Source: Marsupella aquatica (taxonomy: Eukaryota; Plantae; Marchantiophyta). Taken from it: a stretch of 64,000 bases of DNA. The stretch covers positions 27,228,210 through 27,292,209 of the forward strand of contig OZ316893.1 of assembly GCA_973895155.1 (NCBI GenBank), read 5' to 3'. Made by a program: the position numbers and the translations under genes. Positions 45,631-55,468 of the stretch are shown piece by piece; the stretch's first letter is position 1; each line of letters opens with the position of its first letter. Below the pieces are notes generated by a model. The model did no database searches and was not told the DNA's origin. It saw only the letters and a program-made list of their open reading frames with translations.

Positions 45631-48600
45631 TCAGGACTTCTGGCTGTAATGGACACGGAGAAAGACAGCCAGTCCACCAACAGCGAACGCAACAGAACTC
45701 CACCGCACAATAGGTTTTGAGAACCATGACGGTTTCTTTGCTGGAACTGTCAACAATTCTTCTATCTGCAAGGACAAAGGTTGAGCACACAATGGAAGTG
45801 GAGCTTAGAGTAGAATGATGATGAGATGGACATTGTGATGAGAAGTAATGAGATGGACATTGTTGCGTTCCCAATAATTAATCAACGAGCAAATACCACT
45901 TGTATGCAGTGCCTGTGATTGGTTGAGAATCACAATGCCTCCCAATGATCACAAACAGGTGGTCAGCACGGGTAAATATTGCCACCCTGCTGTGTCGAAC
46001 TTAACTTGCATGTTGTTAGGTCATAGTTACAAAACACAGCTAACAAATCACTGATCCAGATCAATTTGTAAGCAGAACATCTAAACTTGAGCAACCTTTT
46101 CAAAAAGTTGAAAGTAGCTTACATAGATATCTTTCTCCCAATTCTCTGATATGCCCCGTAGGTGGCCTTTGCCGACGACAGCAACTACTGAAGTCGAATT
46201 CTGTGCAACTCCTCTCAAAGTTGCCGTCATATAGCTACAAGTCATGGTATATGCACTCAAAGTTAGAATTTTGATCCCAACTTTGGCACGATTAAACATC
46301 TCCTGGCAATGGCATCGCACAATTGGCAATGTCGCATTTCCAATCCCTGTATTCGCTCCTCTTCGTTCATTAAGTTCTTTGATTCACGACAATGACTTCA
46401 AGCATATGATCTTGAATGACTGAAGGACTTCTACTCAAGCAGCAGCCAGTGTGCTAAAACTGTATTGCGCCGATGATATCAGTTCACTTTCGTTGTTTAG
46501 AGAAAATCGATTTGCTACTTCTGTTTGTCGGATATGATGTGAATCTCTTACAGACCTCCATGAAAATGTTTCCAATCCAACGTAGGTGCTGTCTTTGCTC
46601 AGTTCTGGCAAAATCGATCCCTAACTAGTATAGATAAGATACGCACTTCATTTTCATAAAACTCAAGGACAAGAGGATAGGTGTGTCAATAATTAATCCC
46701 ACGGGAGGGGAATAGAAAAATTGTAACATAGCTTTTCTGGAACGGCGCAAACAAAATAGTAGGTGAAAAGTTTAGAACTCACAGGTCACGCTCATGAACG
46801 AGAGTATCCATAAGGCTTGGAAAGCTCTTGCTCATCTCTTGAATTATTGCCGTTACCATGTCAGTATCCTTCCAGTCCTCGATCTGCCAATCCCACAGGC
46901 AACAAATCAAGACAAATCAGAAATCCATGGAACTTTTCTTTAAATGCATACAACTTCAACGGGCTTCTTTCACTGTCCACAAAGTGTACTAGAAATGGCC
47001 AAATTTAGAACGTGTGTACATTTTCAATCCAGAAAAAATTGTAGGAGTCACAATCCACCATCACAATGAAGATCACGGAGCCCACTTCTGGTGAGGTGAA
47101 ATCAAGAAGAGTTTCGAGTCAATCCTCTCCAGGGTAATAACATTTTCACAATCTTAGAGCAAACCATCACTCCTTCCATTCCGACCTTATATCAGCTATA
47201 AGGTGATCAAAAGATTCACGTACCATCTGATTGAGTTCTTCAGCACCAGGCATGAAGAAACCTTGGAATAGCAGTGCAAATATAAGCTTTGTTTTGTGCC
47301 AAGTGCTCATTCTTGCCCAAGTTCTCCTTAAGGTTACCTGCAAAGAAATGTGAAGACAATCAGCATATTTCGACATGTCTTGGCAGTTCCAGTGTATTAA
47401 TTGCAAAACAGGTCATACCTTAAAATTAGATCCAGTTTTCTCTGCTCAGGTTTGGACACTCTTAGATCTCAATGCATAACTATATGATCAAATATTGGCT
47501 GGATAGACATTGGGGAGTCAGGACTCTTTGAGAAACTGCCAATGACACTGTTGGGTTATTAGGTTCAGCTCAGCACCTGAACAGGACGGTCACCAAGAAC
47601 AACTCTGGCCCCAGAAGCGTAAGCCTCTTCATAGGCAACTCGGAACTCTGATCCAGGAAAGACTTCCAGCTTACCTGCTATCTGCATTAGATAAAAGCCA
47701 TTTAGATGGAAAGGTTGACGCATACGGAACATCAAAGCGGAGGATTTAGAGAAACAATTCCAGCATATGCGGTCCGTTCGGATACTGATTAATCCCAGGG
47801 CAAACTGAAGATATAGGAAGAGGAGAGACTCACCCTCGCTAGGAACCATAAATAGATAATACCAAATGGGTTCATATCTTTTTTCTTATACATGTGGACC
47901 ATCTCTTCGAATGTAGGGACCTGAGGATTAATGCACAACATTCATGTCAGTGGACAATTTTCAAAAGGAAAGAAACAACGCCACGATTCGGACAATGATA
48001 GAAAGAATACAGCCGATACTGGTAATACCTTCAATTGTTGAGGCATTAGCATGGCAACCCGGCTTGAACATAATTCGAGAAAGACAACCTGGACGAGACA
48101 AACTCAATGTGAGCTCTCCGAGAGACAAGCAACCAAGTATGTCTTGCGGGAGAGAACGAAATTCCCCTGCAATTGTATTGAGCATTCCCATCAGTGGCAG
48201 TTTCCAGGAACGGGCTGTTTTACACACAGTTCCAGTATTACATGCCTCAACGGCATGCCAACAGCTTTTCCAAATTCCTGCATTTAGGGAGACAGTCGAG
48301 CGAAATTGAGTTTGTACCCTTGGTTTCACATTACGGATGACTGCTTGAACTTCGTCACATGACTCCTGCCACATTAAATGTCCGTGTCGAAGGAGTCAGT
48401 TTAAACAACAACCATATTCCACATTTAGGTAGAGAGAAACAAGGTTAGACAATGACGTCATATTTGCAAGCTATCCCTACTCCCCTCAATGCCCTAAATC
48501 AATTTCTTCTCAGGAGAGTTCCAGAGCAGGTAAGACTTCGTCTGTTTGCGTGGCCTGTTGTCTGGAACTTTTTTGTTATTATTTTTCGACTTTCTTGCTA

Positions 48601-49164
48601 GATGGCACAGCCTTCTTTTGGAGAGAAATCAAATTGCTTAGAACTCAAAATTTTGGAAAGGCAAGTCCATGCTTCAACATTCCGATAACATGTTTTCACC
48701 TGAGAGACATGCGCTGTACCGACAAGATAAACAGAGCACTGAGCCCCAGGAGCATTTGACTTGCTGTGCAATACTACCACATTCTTCCCGACCTCATATG
48801 TCTTGTTAGACGATGTGGTCTCCTCGCCCGCCAGGGTTGGGTCAGACGCTTCTCCTTCAGCTTGCCTGCCATCTTCAATGGGGATATCCTGATCCCCTTG
48901 CAGTGCCCTCGTCTCCTCTGGTCCTGCTTCCAAGCTACTCGTGTGTAGATTGGAAAAATTCGCTACCTCATACACAACTGGAATCGATTCAGATGATGCA
49001 GCGTCAGCACTTGTACAACAGGTCCCTGCCGTGGTAGAAGACAGGGAATGCGACTTATCACCGTCGAGTGCAACTGACTCCAAATCCACCTCGGTACCAA
49101 CCACAACTAAGCCTTCCAGAATTGAGGCAGGATCCATCGGTGCATGCTCTGGCTCACCAGACAT
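45631..49164 (-). CDS. TraB-domain family protein, tail-anchored; 9 exons: 49164..48700, 48365..48318, 48088..48029, 47920..47834, 47681..47577, 47337..47224, 46883..46783, 46234..46123, 45765..45631; ~408 aa
   Basis: The spliced product has VYLVGTAHVSQESCDEV, VVFLELCSSR, PGSEFRVAYEEA, VVLGDRPVQVTLRRTW, FPSLMDTLVHERDLYM, VVAVVGKGHLRGI and a C-terminal TM helix with a basic tail. All introns are GT-AG with consistent phase. The start codon is uncertain (an acceptor-like CAG lies just upstream of 49164). Confidence 0.92.
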
Positions 49165-50538
49165 CGTCTCCTCTGCTCAATTGTAAACTTGCCGGTAAGT
49201 AATTCTATATTCTCGTAAAGAAGCTTCTCCCAATGCTTCCTGCTGTTTTCAACTCGTGACAATTCGCCCCTCGCATTCGCAGTGCTTTCTCGTCTTCGAC
49301 CGCTTAAAGGTGCCAAGATCCAAAACAGCATAATTCCATTCCCTAATCTCACCAGGCCCACAACAACCCTGCACGGTGGCCCCAAGCTGCTTCTATATAC
49401 ACAATTTCAGAACCATCGCAACTCCCACTCGCACACAGATTGTCATCGACACTCGCCCGCAAGCCAAACCAAACAAATCCAGTAACCGACTGCGCAAACT
49501 TCACTTCTCTGCGAATCCCACAGCATCAGTACAATTTCCTCCCTCCTGAATTGTTCACCAGTGTCACTCCTGAAAATTACGACCTCCTTCTCCGGAAGAT
49601 TTGGGGTGGCGTATTCCAGGCAGGATGTTGACATTCGCAAAATTGTTTCCACGTTTTGACACTCTTCACTGTCGACCGAATGACGATCATGGGGCAACGA
49701 AGAGCGAATTCTGAGGTCCAAAAGAACTACAGTAGACTATCGAATGCTGCTTTGTAGATTTTGGCTCCCCGAGCTGACACGACAATAATAGTACCTTCTC
49801 CTCTTTCACGATACGTATAGGGTAATGACACGACAATAATAATACGTTCGTTTTACGTATATGATTAAGGTCATATGGTAGCCTCTTTCAAGTATTAGAT
49901 TAAGGTCATAAGGTAGCCATTATGAGGTATAGGGCGACACATGGACGATCATATAGCTCATAATCCAGATCATGTAGCTCATAATTCAAACCATATGTTT
50001 TTGATCATATTTCAGGCCCTATGTTGAATTTTGATTGGTCCACATTGAATCTGACTGGATTCCCTCCTGCTGGTAGGGTTCAAATGTGCACACAAACCTT
50101 ATAATGTGTAATGAGATATCAAAGGAGACACGCGGAGCAATATCACTAGGCAAGCACCATTGCCAATCAAGTAATGACCTTCAAGATATGTGTAGGGTAA
50201 TAATGGTTTGGTTTGGGGTTACTAGTCTCTAACTCTGTGACCAGAAAGTGAGAAAATGCTGACTAACGACAACTGGGAAGTTACAACTGGGAAGTTTTTG
50301 TGAGCTTTGTGGGAACAGGTTTCAGACTAGGTAAGTTTCAAACTTGAACCCCAGCCCAAACAGCCATTATCATATGTAATATCTGCCTGAAAATGAGATT
50401 ACCAGGTAATACTTTCCGGGCATAGGGTTATGAAAATGGTAGCACCTAGTAGAAAAGGCTACACACCAGTACCCTTTCTTCCTGATAGGAATTACGTGGC
50501 TGAGCTGACACTCCTGTAGCACGTACACCACACTGTGT

Positions 50539-50860
50539 GTAAGTGCATGCTGCCCATATAGTCCTCTAATATTGGAGCAATTTCCTTTGTAAATGCAGCT
50601 ACATAAGTGCAGGTTTACCATCACTAAAAGATAAATACTAGCTCTAAATGACAAATACATGAGTCCACAACTTACAGTACACTCGCATAAGTGCATTCTG
50701 TGGTTAAGTGTAGGCCAGCCATGTAGTCCTCTAATATTGCAGCAATTTCCTTTGTAAATGCAGTTTGCATAAGTGCAGGTCTATATACTATCACTAAAAG
50801 ATAAATACTGGCCCTAAATGACAAATACATAGCTGCACAACTTACAGCCTATAAGTGCAT
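50539..50860. repeat. ~167-bp direct duplication
   Basis: TAGTCCTCTAATATTG.AGCAATTTCCTTTGTAAATGCAG..CATAAGTGCAGGT..ATCACTAAAAGATAAATACT..CTAAATGACAAATACAT occurs twice. Confidence 0.9.
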
Positions 50861-51451
50861 CACATGCATTTATCAGTTACCGCAAAGCATACATAAAAAG
50901 ACTTTATTGCTAAGTGCAGCCAACAATGACAAGAAGTAGTTCCATGCACTTGAAGCTTGGGGAATGAGGAGTCCCACGTTTGTGTCCTGACATGTACACA
51001 TATTAGTAAGACAGTGCATGATTGAGTGATTTCCCATGCACTTAATGGGTAATGCAACTATGTACACATGGAGAAGTCTGTGCATAAATGATATTCCATG
51101 CACTTGAATATAGTGCATACCGTTCACGTGACAAGTGCAGATTTGGGGCGTCTTCTTGGGAGAGTGCACTTAGATACGGTAGACTGTATGCTACCATAGG
51201 GAAGATCAGGTTTGCAAAGAGTTAATTGAAGTCCAAATGGACCTTCACATTTGCCAAATGCTTGGATATACTTTGGAAAGCAGGATGGACCACAATGAAA
51301 CACTCACTCAAGCTCATATAGTACATATTAGACTAATAAGTGAAATGTGCAGAAAATCCAAAGAGTCATGGTAGGAGATTTTGAGATCTCTCAAATCTCA
51401 ATGAAGTCTGACTAGTAGTATACTAACCTCATTGGGAAGATCTTTCCATTG

Positions 51452-51900
51452 CAAGCAGTTTATCACAAACCCCACAAAATCAGAACGTTTTTGAGTAGCT
51501 CACTTTGACTTAGTTATTTGTCATTTAGTGACTGCCAAGGTGCACTTCTGCAATCTGCAGTTTTGGGTGAAGTTATAACACGAAACCTTGTCTCTCAATT
51601 CTCGATGAATTTGACTACACTAGGCTCATTAAGAAGTTCTTCCCAAGCAGTTTATAATGAACCCCACAGAATCAGAAAGTGTTTGAGCGGCTCACATCAC
51701 TTATATAATTGCCATTTAGTGGATTCAAGGTGCACTTACGAGATCTGCAGTTTTGGGTGGATCTATAACGAAAACAATTGTAATTGTGAGGGACTACGAC
51801 TTAAATACATGTCATTTAGTGTGTGACAGCCAAGGTGCACTTCCGGGATCTGCAGTTTTGGGTGTATTTACAACGAAAAACATAGTAATTTTGAAGGACT
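51452..51900. repeat. Three imperfect direct repeats upstream of the plastid S1 gene
   Basis: CATTTAGTG..CAAGGTGCACTT..ATCTGCAGTTTTGGGTG..AACGAAA near 51520, 51712 and 51811. Confidence 0.85.
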
Positions 51901-52241
51901 AGGGGACGGGCATGCACTTATCCTTGAAACTCACTTATACACTGTGGCGGCCTCCTGTGAGAGAATTGCTTGGTGGGCCCCAAAAAGTGCAGTGCTTCGA
52001 GTGCAGAATCAGACTCTCAGTGTGGATGAGGTTCGGAGAGACGCTCGCTCACCCTCTATCTCCATTTGTACCGTCACATCCTACTCTTTAACACTTCCTG
52101 AGCACAGGCACGAGCTTTTTTGTGGGAGAGATTTCACTTTGCTTCGGAATCACTCAGGTCGGAGTCATCCGTCGGGCACTCGACATTTTTCTGTGGGTTC
52201 GAATTTTGTTTCGTGGCTGTGTGTGTTCTAAGTATTCATCC

Positions 52242-53537
52242 ATGGCGGCCATCGCCACGAACATTCTGGCAGGGCCTGTGTGCGCGCTGCCGGGTGGGAG
52301 GTACGTGATCGGTGACAATTCGTCGGTGGGGTGTAGTAACGCTAAAGTAGGAGAGCTCTGTTTTTCTCACAGCAATCTGTTAGGAAGGAGCCTGGGATTG
52401 CAGGGATCCGCAGTGCCACGGGCTTCCAGGGTCAGCTGCTCGGCCTCTTTGGTCGCTCCGAGGGCTAAAGACCTCTTAACCGAAGCTGAGGAGCGGTGGC
52501 AGCGTGCCCTGGACAGTCCTCTGGAAGGAGTTCCCTTTACCTATGACGAATTCGCCGACGCTCTTTCCAAATATGATTTCAGCTTCGAAATCGGTGACTT
52601 GGTGAAAGGTGTGGTGTTCAAGACCGACTTTAATGGAGCTCTCATAGATGTTGGTGCTAAAGCTTCAGCTTATCTGCCCATCTCCGAGGCGTGCATTCAC
52701 AAGGTCAAGACTGTGGATGAGGTAGGTTTGTACCCTGGCACAGAGGAAGAGTTCATGATAGTGCAGGAAGATGATGACAACGGCCGAGTCATTTTGAGTC
52801 TGCGGAAGCTTCAGTATGATATTGCATGGGAGCGTTGCAGGCAGCTGCAGGCTGATGATGTTCCTGTTAGGGGCAAGGTTCTTTCTGCTAATAGGGGTGG
52901 GCTTGTGGTCAGCGTAGAGGGTTTGCGAGGATTTGTGCCATTCTCTCAGATATACTCAGGTGTCAGCCAGGAAGATATGGTGGATAAGGAGTTGCCCCTG
53001 AAGTTTATAGAGGTGGATGAGGAGAGGACCAGGCTAGTTTTGAGTAATAGGAAAGCTTTGGCTGCCACCCAGCTGGGAGTGGGAATTGGGTCTGTTGTTA
53101 TTGGAACTGTGCAATCTGTGAAGCCTTATGGTGCATTTGTCGATATTGGGGGAACCAGTGGGCTCTTGCATATCAGCCAAATCAGTCATGATCGTATCAC
53201 CACTGTGGAGAATGTTCTGCAGCCCGGTGACAAATTGAAGGTGATGATCTTGAGTCAAGACAGGGACAGGGGGAGGATAAGTTTGTCGACCAAAAAGTTG
53301 GAGCCTACACCTGGTGACATGCTCCGCAACCCTGCATTAGTATATGAAAAGGCTGATGAGATGGCAAAGACTTTCCGACAGAGAGTAGCGCAGGCCGAGG
53401 CTGCAGCCCGTGCCGAGGAATTGAGACTGCAGAAGGAAGGAGGATTCGGTCTGAGAGGCCTCGCCGGGCCAGCTGTGGATGCCCTAGGTTTGAACGATCT
53501 TGATCTTGAGGATATTCCGCCAGCTGAAGAGGATTAA
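52242..53537 (+). CDS. PRPS1: Plastid 30S ribosomal protein S1, nuclear-encoded, intronless CDS, 431 aa
   Basis: ATG in CCATGGCG context, Ser/Ala/Arg-rich transit peptide, [17 protein letters not shown], and three S1 domains ([13 protein letters not shown]; [13 protein letters not shown]; [27 protein letters not shown]). [35 protein letters not shown]. Confidence 0.96.
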   Translation: MAAIATNILAGPVCALPGGRYVIGDNSSVGCSNAKVGELCFSHSNLLGRSLGLQGSAVPRASRVSCSASLVAPRAKDLLTEAEERWQRALDSPLEGVPFTYDEFADALSKYDFSFEIGDLVKGVVFKTDFNGALIDVGAKASAYLPISEACIHKVKTVDEVGLYPGTEEEFMIVQEDDDNGRVILSLRKLQYDIAWERCRQLQADDVPVRGKVLSANRGGLVVSVEGLRGFVPFSQIYSGVSQEDMVDKELPLKFIEVDEERTRLVLSNRKALAATQLGVGIGSVVIGTVQSVKPYGAFVDIGGTSGLLHISQISHDRITTVENVLQPGDKLKVMILSQDRDRGRISLSTKKLEPTPGDMLRNPALVYEKADEMAKTFRQRVAQAEAAARAEELRLQKEGGFGLRGLAGPAVDALGLNDLDLEDIPPAEED

Positions 53538-55468
53538 GTAGATGAATGCCCTTGTCTATCCCCTGCTAAAAAATGTGTGATGTGTGACTCGTCAGCTTAT
53601 ATAACGCGAACATCGGTTTCTGGACTGGTGGCCCTTAGGACAGATTTTGGGAAAATTCAATCTAGCTTGGACAGCGTAGGAGATCCGTGGCTTTGTTCAA
53701 ATGTAATTCCAGTGAATTCGTGTACAATTCTTTGCAGACTTAACTCTGGACGCTCATACTTTGAGGTCAAGATTGTTTGTCTACTGCAATCGCATTTTCC
53801 CTGTTTGTATCTCGACACTTGATAATTCTTCGCGATAAAGGACTAGATGTATTTCTTTTTTTTAGAAAATGTCACAGCATTTCTGGTGTGAGTTCCCTGG
53901 CGAATTGCTCGCTGGGGTGGATTCTACTAAAGTTGCTCAGATAGAATATGCTGTCGTTTTCAACCTACTTGTGATGCCTACACCTTCTGAAAGATCCTAT
54001 GGGTCTACCTGACACGAACGTTCCAATTTGCAAACTTTTCGCCTACTGTTTACAGTTGAGAATAATTCAATTGTCCCAGCAATACATTTGAATGTTTTGT
54101 GTGAGCGTTACCACATCTGCTGGCTACCAAGGGAATTACACAGCCACCTGCAACTTCCGCGAATTGTTGTTGCTGTACCTTTGCCAGGATCCTTTTCTAA
54201 CCTTTAGTCCCAAGTTCCTGGAAATCAAAATCCAGTTTCCCTTCTACAATACACAACAATGCAACTAAGGTTATCGTCCTAATCATGTTTCTGAAATAAA
54301 TCTCCAATTAATATGCGCCCCAGGGAGTGGTTAACTTACTGTAGTTGTCATGTCGCTCACCTTGCTGACAACGGTGTGGTGACAAGTTCAGCCCAGGAAA
54401 CATTTCGCTCGCTGGAAGCACCGCCCCCACCACTACGAAAAACATAAGGTATTTAGGTCGATAGACGTATTATTTTTGTCTGAGCGTCAGGATGTAGCAT
54501 TGTGTTGTGTTCTTTAGGTAACTTGAGTCCATTTGGAATGGGGGAAGAAACCGTGATTTGGATTGATCTCAGATATGGTGCGGAAAAAATGCGAAGATTT
54601 TTCCGTGGTTAATACTGAACTGGCCGAAAATTGCTTCGATGTAGCTTTTCTCGTTCTGATACGAAAGAATACGAGCGCCGGGAGACTGAACCAACTTCAA
54701 GCCATCGTGTCTAAATGAGATTCCTTACATAGAGACCTGTTAAAAGGCTCTGACAGGTCCGATCAAAAGTTCGTCGTTCTCCTGGTGAGTTTTCCTCAAT
54801 GTTCATCATGCGGGGTGTCACAGTTATCTCGTCTCGGGGACTGTAAGGGGGCACCTTCTCTTATGACTACATTCTGGGGCGGGGTGAGGAGTTGGTGCCA
54901 TTGCGTGGAGAGCAACTACGTAATCTACTTGTTATTAGTCTCGGCGGCTCGGGCCTTCTTTTGTCAAGGCTACAGTAGTCAGGTCATTCCCAGGTCATTT
55001 GAAAGGTAACAGCTTGAAGGGAGGTCATGCCGGGAACTATGCAATTCCACAAGTATTTCGAAACACAATATCCTTCAGTGAAAAGCAGTTAGTCATGCAA
55101 ACAGCAGATGTGCAACGAAGATCATAACGACTTCTTGACCATATCTGAAACATCAGGGCCAAGAGAGTAGACTGTCTGCAGAGTTCAACATGATTGCCCA
55201 TCAGTAGATACTGACAATAGTCACAATCTATTGATAACTGCGCAAAACACTAGTCCACCTTGATTTTGGTCCCTTGAGGTTGGTGCAGAACAATAAACAA
55301 ACAAGTGCAGGGAAATGGGTACGCGTAAAGTACATTCGCTATGATGCAGAGCACCAACGTCAAGAAAGCTTTGTGAATTGAGAAATTAGAATAGTTTGAA
55401 TTGCAATCTATGCGATCAACCAGATTAACCTTCCACAAGTCTCGTCACTCAGTAACAATATCTCCGCT

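Noticed and set aside
52122-52241. N-terminal extension of the S1 ORF in the track
   Set aside because: Starts at a non-ATG codon. The ATG at 52242 has good context and begins a typical transit peptide.
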